A stretch of DNA of 64,000 bases from positions 706 to 64,705 of the IMG/VR virus record IMGVR_UViG_3300037312_000542; one strand, 5' to 3'. The stretch comes from a virus (Duplodnaviria; Caudoviricetes). Below the pieces are notes generated by a model that was not told where the DNA came from, ran no database searches, and worked only from the letters and a program-made list of their open reading frames with translations. Shown piece after piece: positions 25,833 to 34,257 of this stretch (position 1 is its first letter; the number at the start of each line of letters is the position of its first letter). Both the position numbers and the translations under genes were made by a program.

Positions 25833-25972
25833 CACGCACTCCGGATATCTTCCCACGCACAACACAGTCCGTCGACGGCATGAACCATCACGTGCGCGAT
25901 GACTGCAAATGGCGCGACTATCAAAACCGCTATGCGACGTTTGATAGGATTCTTGATCTCCCCGATCGTCAT
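25829..25972 (-). CDS. small membrane peptide
   Basis: 47 aa with a hydrophobic stretch; coupled to neighbours. Confidence 0.45.
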   Translation of the reverse strand: MTIGEIKNPIKRRIAVLIVAPFAVIAHVMVHAVDGLCCAWEDIRSAW

Positions 25973-26490
25973 TTCCCAAACACCCCCACCAGTTCGGCAG
26001 TCCAGCCCGACATTGATCGAATGCGCGACAGCAAACCTTGCGCCGCCGCCCATTCCCACGCCGCGCGAAACTGGTTCACGTCGCCCCATGGCTGCCCGTT
26101 GAAAAAGTGCGCGCGCTCCGCTTGCATCGGAACGCCGCAAAGCACTACGGGCAGGTCGGTGCGCTCCAGTGCAATCTTGGCGGCGAACAGCCCCGACGAA
26201 CCGGATCCGGGCTGCCCCGGCCACTGGTAATCGACAACGTCGGTGACGTGCGGGGCGGCGGTGTGCGCGATGACCGCGGCGGGTTCGGGGAGACTGGCAG
26301 TGCGGCGCGCGCCGAGCCATCCGGACAGCTTTTCCGGGTGCAAGGTCACGAAGGCGTCGAACGCGCCGGGGTAGTGCATCGCTGCATCATTAACGGCGCA
26401 CAAGTACCGCACCGGGGCTATTTGTGACGCACGGACCAGTTCATCCCACGCGCCGGCAGCGCCGCCGAGAACGACTGCGATGCCAGTCAT
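25969..26490 (-). CDS. Maf/GT29-like nucleotide-sugar transferase-fold protein
   Basis: VVLGGA, AVND, SGSSGLFAAKIAL, VVLCGVPM pattern. Confidence 0.45.
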   Translation of the reverse strand: MTGIAVVLGGAAGAWDELVRASQIAPVRYLCAVNDAAMHYPGAFDAFVTLHPEKLSGWLGARRTASLPEPAAVIAHTAAPHVTDVVDYQWPGQPGSGSSGLFAAKIALERTDLPVVLCGVPMQAERAHFFNGQPWGDVNQFRAAWEWAAAQGLLSRIRSMSGWTAELVGVFGK

Positions 26491-26651
26491 GCGTCCGCCT
26501 CCCGGACCACGCGCTCAACTTTCGCACGAAGCTGGAACAGCAATTGCAGCAGATCGGTTTTGTACGCGCCGTCAGGTATCAACCACAAACCGAAATTCAT
26601 CACCCATCGAGCGATGCGATACCGAACGTAGTAACAAAGGTAGTTCGTCAT
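26487..26651 (-). CDS. small hypothetical protein
   Basis: 54 aa, ATGA coupling on both sides. Confidence 0.5.
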   Translation of the reverse strand: MTNYLCYYVRYRIARWVMNFGLWLIPDGAYKTDLLQLLFQLRAKVERVVREADA

Positions 26652-27196
26652 GCGCGCCACACCGCTTGATGCGTCACGGTCCGTTCGACTACCAAACCCA
26701 TCTCGTCAATTGCCCGCTTCACGCCAGGGCAGCGGTGCCATTCGTAGTCGTCGAAAACGATCACGCCGCCCGGCGACATGCGCGGCAATAGCCAATCAAG
26801 CGCGCGCCGAGTCGATTCGTAGAAATCGAAATCCAGGTGGACGAAAGCGAAGCGTTCGCCGTCCAGTGAAACGCGAGCGGTCGACGCCGGGAATTCGCCG
26901 CGAACGAGTTTTACGTTCGGGCAGTCGACGAGGGCAGCGCGCACCGCATCGAAACTGGTGTCTGCAAAATCACCCGGCTGGTGAACTTCACCCGCGGACC
27001 ACATAGCGGCCGGTAAACCCGTGAAGGTATCGAAGCCCCAAGCCCGACGATCAGGTGCAGCCTTTGCCAGCATCCGCAACGTGGAGCCGCAGTAGACGCC
27101 GCATTCCGCGACCGCGCCGGGGACGCCATCGACAGCGCGAAGCCAATGGAGCAGGGACGCTTCGCGGTCGGCGGAAAGGATGCGCTTGATGGTCAC
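26648..27196 (-). CDS. TylF/MycF/NovP-family sugar O-methyltransferase
   Basis: AECGVYCG, GFDTFTGLP, FVHLDFDFYES, GGVIVFDDY. Confidence 0.88.
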   Translation of the reverse strand: MTIKRILSADREASLLHWLRAVDGVPGAVAECGVYCGSTLRMLAKAAPDRRAWGFDTFTGLPAAMWSAGEVHQPGDFADTSFDAVRAALVDCPNVKLVRGEFPASTARVSLDGERFAFVHLDFDFYESTRRALDWLLPRMSPGGVIVFDDYEWHRCPGVKRAIDEMGLVVERTVTHQAVWRA

Positions 27197-28086
27197 AGGA
27201 TGAACGCCTCCAGCGCCGCGCGCGCCGCGGGCATGTCGATTGCCTTGGTGCATCGCTTCCGACAGCCGCCGTCAAAGCAGTCGCACGGCTGCACCGGCTC
27301 AATCGCCAACGTCGGCGCATGGCGCGCACCAGTCGAGAACGACGTGCCCCGCTCGAACCCGCCGTACACCGTCACAGATGGCGTCTCGACCGCCTGCGCC
27401 AGAATGGTCGCAAAGCCGGGTGCGCAGAAAACTAGATCGGAGATGTAGGCGAGGCCGGCGAGGGTAGGGAAATTCAATTCGCCGTGGTGGAACGTGACGT
27501 CCGCCTCGATGCGCTCGCCGACAATCCATTCGCGGTTCGGCTCAATGTCTGCGACCGACACGACGAAATAGCGGTCACGAATCGAATTGAACAATCCGGC
27601 ATAGGCGGCGGGGTCGGGATTGCGCAGCGCGCCGGCGCGATATTCGATGCGCTCGACCAAAGGTCGATAGAGCATGATGGGCTTTCTGCCGTTCCATCCT
27701 GCCCTTTTCAATTCACCCCATGCTGCGCGTGCCCACCACGTCCACGGCACCGGCATCCAAAAGTTGGTCGCGTCGGGATAGCCCATGGCACCGAGCACCG
27801 AACCGGCGCGGCGGACGCCGTCGCCGTCGTAGCGCAACTGAACCCTGCGGGCGGCGCGCGGCACCGGCACCGTGGAGAACAGCGCACGCTCGCGCGCCAG
27901 GTTCTTCGCCTGCGTCCGCAGCGGCGAATCCTTGGGAACGCAATGGACCGGCAAATCGTGATAGACCGACGGCCACGGAGTTTCGATCCAGACGTCATAA
28001 CCGGAGTCGAGAAAGTGACGCACAATCGCGCGCTGGTGAATGCAATCACCGAGCCCGTGGTGGCCCTGAATAAAGAGGGATGGCAT
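27193..28086 (-). CDS. glycosyltransferase, GT9 (heptosyltransferase)-like
   Basis: GLGDCI N-terminal motif; C-terminal LAGLAYISDLVF...ILAQAVETPSVTVYG. Confidence 0.78.
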   Translation of the reverse strand: MPSLFIQGHHGLGDCIHQRAIVRHFLDSGYDVWIETPWPSVYHDLPVHCVPKDSPLRTQAKNLARERALFSTVPVPRAARRVQLRYDGDGVRRAGSVLGAMGYPDATNFWMPVPWTWWARAAWGELKRAGWNGRKPIMLYRPLVERIEYRAGALRNPDPAAYAGLFNSIRDRYFVVSVADIEPNREWIVGERIEADVTFHHGELNFPTLAGLAYISDLVFCAPGFATILAQAVETPSVTVYGGFERGTSFSTGARHAPTLAIEPVQPCDCFDGGCRKRCTKAIDMPAARAALEAFIL

Positions 28087-28109
28087 ATCGCTCCTTGGGT
28101 AGGAACGAG

Positions 28110-28139
28110 ACGCTACAACGTTGAAGGAGGTTTGTCAAC
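28110..28139 (-). promoter_or_regulatory. motif promoter 5 (GT9 cluster)
   Basis: GTTGACAAAC...GTTG-TAGCGT. Confidence 0.7.
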
Positions 28140-28141
28140 GC

Positions 28142-28185
28142 TTGACACCGTGCTAAAATCAAGTAAATTACTTAAAACTAGCACG
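28142..28185 (+). promoter_or_regulatory. divergent promoter with nested palindromic operator
   Basis: TTGACA-16-TAAATT; CGTGCTA...TAGCACG enclosing AAGTAA-A-TTACTT. Confidence 0.6.
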
Positions 28186-28194
28186 TGGTAAAAC

Positions 28195-28635
28195 ATGAAG
28201 CTCTCAGAACTCGTCATACACACATCCCAATCGTTGGGTTTGACCAAGCCCACGGTGACCGCCGTCGCGGGTTTCTTGCGCGGCGCGGGCTTAGTAACAT
28301 CAGGCGGACGCGGTCCGGGTGGTGCCGAAATGTCCAGTGACGATAAAGTGCGGTTATTACTCGGTACGTGTTGCGTCGGAATTGCCAGTAGAACCGCCTT
28401 TGAAGTTCGATCATGGACCGAACGCTGCCCCGGCCTGATCGAGCACATCGAAGTGTGCATCAAAAACCCGCCCGTCGATACAAGCGTGGAATTCGACGTG
28501 GATGGCTACTATGCGCGGTTCGTTCGAAAGGACGGGAAGGTCAAGACGTTCGGCAAACGGTCCGACGCTGCAAGTTATTTGACCCGAACGATTACCGCAA
28601 AGGCGTTTCGTGCGTGGCTGGATGGGCTCAAGTAA
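28195..28635 (+). CDS. putative DNA-binding regulator, divergent from GT9
   Basis: LRGAGLVTSGGRGPGGAEMS wHTH-like N-terminus; own TTGACA and palindrome upstream. Confidence 0.55.
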   Translation: MKLSELVIHTSQSLGLTKPTVTAVAGFLRGAGLVTSGGRGPGGAEMSSDDKVRLLLGTCCVGIASRTAFEVRSWTERCPGLIEHIEVCIKNPPVDTSVEFDVDGYYARFVRKDGKVKTFGKRSDAASYLTRTITAKAFRAWLDGLK

Positions 28636-29050
28636 AAGCCATCCACCTGATCACGACCGGAATCTCGATGTTCACACCGTCGCCGACGTCGCCTTGAATA
28701 GTCGGTTCGTCGCAGATTTTGACCATGCCGCCGTCGAAGTTGAACCGGGTGTTGAACTTGAACGCGTCCCGCACCTTCGCCGCCAGTTCGGTCGCAGGCA
28801 GGATACCCGGACCGACCGGCCACCCCACGACGACCAGCAAGATGCCCTGTCGCACCGGCTCGCGACCGCCGCTCAAACTGACATTGATCGGCGTGTTTTT
28901 CGCAAGGGTTACGCGGAGATATGGGTCTCCGGTCGGCGTGAATGGTACGCCCGGCGCGGCGATGGCGACCGATTCCGCCTGTGCCACGGAAAGCACCGCT
29001 TGCTCCAGTGCCAGCGTGATTTTGGCCTCTATTGAAACTGCGGTTGCCAT
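28628..29050 (-). CDS. tail terminator (DUF4128-like)
   Basis: PGVPFTP...YLRVT...QGILLVVV...VRDAF; position after gp10-like gene. Confidence 0.75.
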   Translation of the reverse strand: MATAVSIEAKITLALEQAVLSVAQAESVAIAAPGVPFTPTGDPYLRVTLAKNTPINVSLSGGREPVRQGILLVVVGWPVGPGILPATELAAKVRDAFKFNTRFNFDGGMVKICDEPTIQGDVGDGVNIEIPVVIRWMAFT

Positions 29051-29067
29051 GGGCTATCCTTTCCCCG

Positions 29068-29268
29068 ATGGTGAAAAAGTTAACGGATATACAGGCTTAC
29101 GACCGTCTGCATGACGCTGCGATGGCGCTTGGCAAAGATGGCGGCATCAGCCCTGCGGCGAATACAGCGCTCACGTCGGCGCGGCTCGCGCTGGTCGCGT
29201 TCCAGATGGCGCTTGTGCGCAGTATGGACGCCCCGCCGAAGCAAGACCTGCCGCCTCCGCCTTACTAA
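29068..29268 (+). CDS. small opposite-strand protein ending PPPPY
   Basis: 66-aa ORF between tail terminator and neck genes; weak RBS. Confidence 0.5.
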   Translation: MVKKLTDIQAYDRLHDAAMALGKDGGISPAANTALTSARLALVAFQMALVRSMDAPPKQDLPPPPY

Positions 29269-29795
29269 CCATTTGCCATCCGCCCCTTCAAATCCTGCAC
29301 CACGCCGTTGACGATTTGCGGCCATCGTTGCGTGGCGGTCGATACGAATAGATAGCCGTAAGAAAACTCGACTTTTCGCGCGTAGCGGGCGGAATAGCCG
29401 GCGAAGATGGTGTCGCCGAGATTCGCGTTGTTGATCGTCGCGTTGATCGGGCCAGGGTTGTAGGTGTACGTCTGGTCTTGTGAGGTCGGGTTGTCGCGGA
29501 GCAACGGCATCCCGTCGAGTGACACGACTAGTGAATGCCATAGAAAGCCTGTGTCGACCGGTAATCGTCCGCCACCGGTGCCGGGTCCGACCGGTCCCAT
29601 GGCTTTTTTGCTGTTGCGTCCGTTCTTGCCGAGTCCGGCGCCTTTCTCGATGGCCTTCTTCGTGGACGCTTTCGACGGGCCGGGCGTCTGCATGATGTCG
29701 ATCGTGCGTTGCGTGGATTCGCGCATGACGCCTTCCATCAGGTCGACCGATTGCGCGACCCACGCCTCGACCTGCGCTGCAAAATCGTTAGCCAT
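29265..29795 (-). CDS. HK97 gp10-like tail completion protein
   Basis: RLPVDTGFLWHS, YARKVEF, WPQIV. Confidence 0.75.
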   Translation of the reverse strand: MANDFAAQVEAWVAQSVDLMEGVMRESTQRTIDIMQTPGPSKASTKKAIEKGAGLGKNGRNSKKAMGPVGPGTGGGRLPVDTGFLWHSLVVSLDGMPLLRDNPTSQDQTYTYNPGPINATINNANLGDTIFAGYSARYARKVEFSYGYLFVSTATQRWPQIVNGVVQDLKGRMANG

Positions 29796-30706
29796 TATGC
29801 CGCCGCCTGGACCGAAGATATGGAGAGAAATAGTGCGAAAGTGGATGCGTTCGCTTTTTTCACGCCATACTGTCGATGATACGCAAGATGGCAAGGGGCG
29901 CACAAAGTTGCACCATTGTCGACGGCCCACCGAAGAACTTCGTTGACAGAGTAGGGCTCGATGTGGTGCGCATTCAAAAGGCCACGATCATCTCCCCCGC
30001 AGCATGTGCAACGATAATGGTCTCGCTTGAGCACTCGTCGTCGCCACCATCCTTGAGTAGATGCACGCGCGTGAGGATTTATCGGACGAACTGCTGAAGA
30101 TACAGGAGCCGCGCGCGTCCATCGTTGCTGTTTTACGATTTTGTCGACAGTCTGACGGAGGACGCCGAACATGCGACCAATCTGTTCGTGCGACGTTCGT
30201 CCGCTCAATTCACGGATCAATTGAACGTCCGCATCGGTCAATTTAACCATTCCGTTCCGCATCCCGTCGTTAGACGTGCGATGCGCTATTTTATCTTGCT
30301 CGTTTTCCGAACGTGTAGCCCATCGAAGGTGACGAGGGTTAATACACCCGCGATGCCCTTGCCCGCAGGAATGCGCGACGTGCACCTTATTAGGATCGGA
30401 AGGCGTGCCATGTGCTAGTTGGCACATTAATCGGTTAGCGTTCCTTATGGATGCCGACCCCAAGTTTGCGTATCCTTGCGGAGTTTTGGCAAACGGCCAC
30501 GGCAAGCAATCGTCCGAATCGTGGGAAACGTGCGCGCGCAACCAAGAAATAGGTTCGCCCCTTTTTGTGTGCGTTCGAGACGCGATAGGGTTTCCGGTAA
30601 CGCGCCACTGTCCGTAGTGGCGGCTGCACCAGCCTCGCGCATAATGCTTTCGAGAACACGTCTCGACGGAGCAGTATCGTTGGACAAAATTAGCTGCGCG
30701 AGGCAT
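29795..30706 (-). CDS. HNH endonuclease with two HNH domains
   Basis: HSCG...CINPRHLRWATRSEN, HTH linker, then CTCC...HHIEP...NGATLCAPCH. Confidence 0.8.
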   Translation of the reverse strand: MPRAANFVQRYCSVETCSRKHYARGWCSRHYGQWRVTGNPIASRTHTKRGEPISWLRAHVSHDSDDCLPWPFAKTPQGYANLGSASIRNANRLMCQLAHGTPSDPNKVHVAHSCGQGHRGCINPRHLRWATRSENEQDKIAHRTSNDGMRNGMVKLTDADVQLIRELSGRTSHEQIGRMFGVLRQTVDKIVKQQRWTRAAPVSSAVRPINPHARASTQGWWRRRVLKRDHYRCTCCGGDDRGLLNAHHIEPYSVNEVLRWAVDNGATLCAPCHLAYHRQYGVKKANASTFALFLSISSVQAAA

Positions 30707-30712
30707 ATTGTA

Positions 30713-30741
30713 ACTGTACTACGTTAATACGGTTTGTCAAC
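30713..30741 (-). promoter_or_regulatory. motif promoter 6 (HNH)
   Basis: GTTGACAAAC...GTAG-TACAGT. Confidence 0.75.
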
Positions 30742-31776
30742 TTACGGCGTCTCGCGTTCCTTCTTTTTCCTCAACGCCGCTCCAAGCCAATCCACAGTCA
30801 CTTTTTCGTAGCACCTACAACCAATGTCTGTTTGTGACGGCGCGTGCATCTGCGGCCCTGTCGGCGTGTCGAACGGCTCATTCCACTTTCGACCGTCTTT
30901 ATTCATGCCAGGGATGAGGCGGTGCGTATGCCGGACCCGTTCATCGCCAGCCGTGACCCAAAACCGCAAGAGTAAGTCCGCGTCGACCTTGCCGCGGTCG
31001 ATCTGCTGTTGCCACATCTCTGTCTGTGCTTGCCCAAGGGAGCGGATGGTTTCCGTCCGCGCGATATTGTCCGCGCGCCACTTCAAAGCGCGGTTCGCGT
31101 AAGCCGCGCGCATCTTCGCCTGTATGTCGGGCGGAATAGATGTTCCGTTCTTGATCGCCTTCAATACCGTGGCATCGAAACGCTTGTCGCGTAGACCGCG
31201 CTGGAGCAGGGCTTTAAGGCGCGTAGGGTCTTCAGATGCCAAGTCGACGCTATAGGACCGCAGCCACTCTTCCTGCGTCGAGTGCAACCCGATGACGCCA
31301 CCGGTGCGTTGCTTGGTACGCGGATCGATCCGGCCGACCAGGTTCAACGCCGTGGTGCGCGGGTTTTCACCGGCGCGCATCCCCGCTTCAAGCGAGTTGC
31401 GGATCGTCGTGCGCTGGTCGTCGGTGATCTCTTGAATGAGCGTGGACGACCGTTGACGGATCCATTGTTCCGCGCGCGGGTTGCGCACGTCGAATAGCAA
31501 TCGGAACGTGGCGCGACTCGCCGTACGCGCGAGCGCCATGCCGGCGTCGTGGAACGCGGAAGTTTGGGTCAGCGCGAGGGCGGAAAAATCAGCGGTTGAC
31601 ACGCCGACAGCGGCGAGCGCGCCTTCGATGTTGCCCGCCTGAATCAGCGCGGTGAGCGCGACGATGTCGACGTGCGTGACGGCAGCCGCGAACGCTTCAA
31701 GGAACGCATCACGTATCCGCGGCTCCCATGTCGCGGTAAGGCGTTCGATTTCGGAGGGTGCGGTGCGGGTGGGCAT
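30742..31776 (-). CDS. MuF-like minor head protein
   Basis: IARTET, WVTAGDERVRHTH, GCRC. Confidence 0.85.
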   Translation of the reverse strand: MPTRTAPSEIERLTATWEPRIRDAFLEAFAAAVTHVDIVALTALIQAGNIEGALAAVGVSTADFSALALTQTSAFHDAGMALARTASRATFRLLFDVRNPRAEQWIRQRSSTLIQEITDDQRTTIRNSLEAGMRAGENPRTTALNLVGRIDPRTKQRTGGVIGLHSTQEEWLRSYSVDLASEDPTRLKALLQRGLRDKRFDATVLKAIKNGTSIPPDIQAKMRAAYANRALKWRADNIARTETIRSLGQAQTEMWQQQIDRGKVDADLLLRFWVTAGDERVRHTHRLIPGMNKDGRKWNEPFDTPTGPQMHAPSQTDIGCRCYEKVTVDWLGAALRKKKERETP

Positions 31777-31989
31777 TTACAACGCCAGCCAAGGCTTGGT
31801 CGCGCTCTCCGCCTTCACGATCGCTTTCGCTTCAATCTTCGATTTCTTTTCGACGCGCAGGAGATGTTTGAGTCGGTTCGCCGTCCACTGAACTTCTGCC
31901 AGTGACAAGCCCGAGATATCCGCGAGCATCTGCACGCCGTTATATGTTCCGTTTGGGTTCTTCCACGCGTCGAATGTTGACGATGTCAT
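31777..31989 (-). CDS. hypothetical protein
   Basis: 70-aa ORF, ATGA-coupled. Confidence 0.55.
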   Translation of the reverse strand: MTSSTFDAWKNPNGTYNGVQMLADISGLSLAEVQWTANRLKHLLRVEKKSKIEAKAIVKAESATKPWLAL

Positions 31990-32354
31990 TTCCGCACCTG
32001 CAATTCCCACATCAACACCGTCCCCGCAGGCGACAGCGGCTTAACCGATACGATGGTCATGGCGGTGCCACCCACCACAAGTCGATCAGTCGTTTCCGGC
32101 GCGATCGTCAGTCCAGCCGTGGACAGGTAGGCCATCTGGTCCGTTTGCCTGATCAACGTCCCGTCGACCACGCTCTTCGCGTAGTCCAAAATCGCGAATG
32201 TACAGGCGTGGTCCGTGGTCGTTTGGCTGCCCGGATTGAACGGGTCGCCATCATCCGTCGTGCGACGAAGCGCGCCGGCTTGACCGAATCGCTCGATCAG
32301 ACGTTCGGCGGTCGATCGGGTGCGGGCGTAGTTGAAATCGGCCATGCGCGTCAC
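31986..32354 (-). CDS. head closure/head-tail joining protein
   Basis: AERLIERFGQ...VDGTLIRQTD...VKPLSPAG...QVR. Confidence 0.75.
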   Translation of the reverse strand: MTRMADFNYARTRSTAERLIERFGQAGALRRTTDDGDPFNPGSQTTTDHACTFAILDYAKSVVDGTLIRQTDQMAYLSTAGLTIAPETTDRLVVGGTAMTIVSVKPLSPAGTVLMWELQVRK

Positions 32355-32875
32355 ACTCGCAACAGTGTGAAGTCGCCCGCGCCGCTGTCGAGAAACGGGT
32401 CAATCAAATCCGAAACGATCGTGAGCGTCGGACGCGAAGATTCGGCACCTAACGATGCGTTCGCATACTCCATGCGGATCGGACCGATTTGTTCTGACGT
32501 GACCTTGTCCGCCAGCACGACCGTCGGATTGAGCGCGCCGGGCGTAGCGGCCTCGACCAATGCCAGTTCGCAGCACGCCGCGATGATCTCGCGCGGTACT
32601 TCATCATCCGCCACGTCATTGCCGTCGGCGTCGGTCAAATCGGTTCGCGGGAATGGCATCGTCTGCGCGCGACCGTTGATCTTGGCACCCTGCCAGCGAT
32701 AGGCGGTGCCGAGCAGCGCACTTGAGCGCACGATCGCGCCGCTCAATGCATCATCTGTGAACCCGGCGTAGGAGAGGCCCCGACCGTCCCAATATTCCTT
32801 GGCACTGTCCAGCGCGACGAGCGCATTCGCGTCATCCTTGCCGGTGCCATCCTCGACGGTCAGGGTGATCGCCAT
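32351..32875 (-). CDS. head-tail adaptor (DnaT-like ssDNA-binding family)
   Basis: LTVEDGTG, QTMPFPR, VPREIIAACCELA. Confidence 0.75.
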   Translation of the reverse strand: MAITLTVEDGTGKDDANALVALDSAKEYWDGRGLSYAGFTDDALSGAIVRSSALLGTAYRWQGAKINGRAQTMPFPRTDLTDADGNDVADDEVPREIIAACCELALVEAATPGALNPTVVLADKVTSEQIGPIRMEYANASLGAESSRPTLTIVSDLIDPFLDSGAGDFTLLRV

Positions 32876-32878
32876 GGG

Positions 32879-33097
32879 TTAGTCCTTCTTCGGCAGACCC
32901 AGCTTCGGCTTTTCAGCCGGGGCAGGAGCGGGCGGCGGCGGCAGTGGATTCGGCTGTTGCACAGACGCCGGTGCAGGGCGCGCGTCGCGCGGTGCGAACG
33001 CCGCGTCCACGATACGGTAGCCTTGCGCTCGCAACTCTTTCTTGCGCGCGGGCGACACGGGATGCGGTTCGTAGATGGTCTTAAGTTCTTTGGACAT
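32879..33097 (-). CDS. head completion-associated hypothetical protein
   Basis: YEPHPVSPARKKELRAQGYRIVDA; Pro-rich tail; directly after capsid. Confidence 0.6.
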   Translation of the reverse strand: MSKELKTIYEPHPVSPARKKELRAQGYRIVDAAFAPRDARPAPASVQQPNPLPPPPAPAPAEKPKLGLPKKD

Positions 33098-33112
33098 GAA
33101 ATCCCCGTTCAA

Positions 33113-33143
33113 GGAAGAAAGGGACGGGATCGCTCCCGCCCCT
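33113..33143 (-). terminator. intrinsic terminator after capsid gene
   Basis: Reverse strand GGGGCGGGA-GCGA-TCCCGTCCC then TTTCTT. Confidence 0.7.
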
Positions 33144-33157
33144 ATTCGTCTTGTGGA

Positions 33158-34147
33158 TTAGGCGGCGGACGCCTTACCGATAGCCATGACGCCAGCGGTA
33201 TTCTTGACGTCGCTGGCAACCTTGTCCCAATTCGAACCGGTAGCCAGTTCCGCGTCGGTCGGCGACTTGCCGCCGTTGGTCACGTCCCAGGTGTAGCCCT
33301 TGAGGCCGAGACCGAACGTGTAATCGATCTGCAGCGTAGTCTCGATGCGGGTCTGACCGTTGCTGGTTTCGATGTTCGAGATGATATCCCGCCCATCGTG
33401 GACCACGGCCGCGCCGGCGGCGAGGGACAGAACGCGACGCTTGGCAGGCGCCGACGGGCTGGCAACCGCGGCACTGTAGAGCGCCGGTGCATCGGTCACG
33501 ACCACCACCTTGCCCAGAATGTCGACAACGCGAACGCCGCCCGACTGGAAGAGGTTCTGCGCGTTGGTCAAGTTCTGACCGATGAACGCGTGGTAGCTCT
33601 GCCCACTCATCACTTCCGCGACGAGGTTCGAAGACGAGTCGCCGAACAGCGCATGGCTGTCATTGACCGTCGCATAATCGGCGACCTTCGTGGCGGAAAC
33701 GTCGACCACGGTGTCCGCACCCTGATTGCCGATCGCAGCCACCAACGCCGCAATCGCGGTGTTAAGCTGGTCCTGCAGCAAGCCTTCAGCGAGACTGCGA
33801 GACGCCATTTCGATGCCTTCCGCGGTCGGCTTCAAAAGCCAAGTCATCTGCGAGGGCTCGAACCGCACCGGGCCGAAACCGCCGGCGACTTTGACCGTCG
33901 ACTGCTTGAGTTGGGTCAGATCGGTCGGGGTCACCGAAGCCTGCGCGGCATACCGATCGACGCGACGACGCGCGGAAGCGAGCGACGCATAGAACGACTG
34001 CTGAAGAAAATCACCTTCGAAGCCATCCGTGGTCAGGGTGATCGCGCCGGCCGACGCGCCGTTGAACTTCTGGACCTGCTGAGCCAGCGTTTCGATCGTC
34101 GCCGGCATGACGTACTTGTTGAAAACTTCCATCTGCGAAAGAGACAT
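33158..34147 (-). CDS. major capsid protein
   Basis: 329 aa between scaffold and neck; ETLAQQVQKFNGAS, KGYTWD...GKSPTDAELATGSNWDK. Confidence 0.88.
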   Translation of the reverse strand: MSLSQMEVFNKYVMPATIETLAQQVQKFNGASAGAITLTTDGFEGDFLQQSFYASLASARRRVDRYAAQASVTPTDLTQLKQSTVKVAGGFGPVRFEPSQMTWLLKPTAEGIEMASRSLAEGLLQDQLNTAIAALVAAIGNQGADTVVDVSATKVADYATVNDSHALFGDSSSNLVAEVMSGQSYHAFIGQNLTNAQNLFQSGGVRVVDILGKVVVVTDAPALYSAAVASPSAPAKRRVLSLAAGAAVVHDGRDIISNIETSNGQTRIETTLQIDYTFGLGLKGYTWDVTNGGKSPTDAELATGSNWDKVASDVKNTAGVMAIGKASAA

Positions 34148-34257
34148 AGGGGACTCCTGTTGCTGTCTCGTTGAAACGAATAGCGAGGTGGCGCATCACG
34201 CCGTTGTGTGACGCTGCCACCTCGTCGAGGTCGCAGCAGGTAGTGCGGAGAGGGCGG

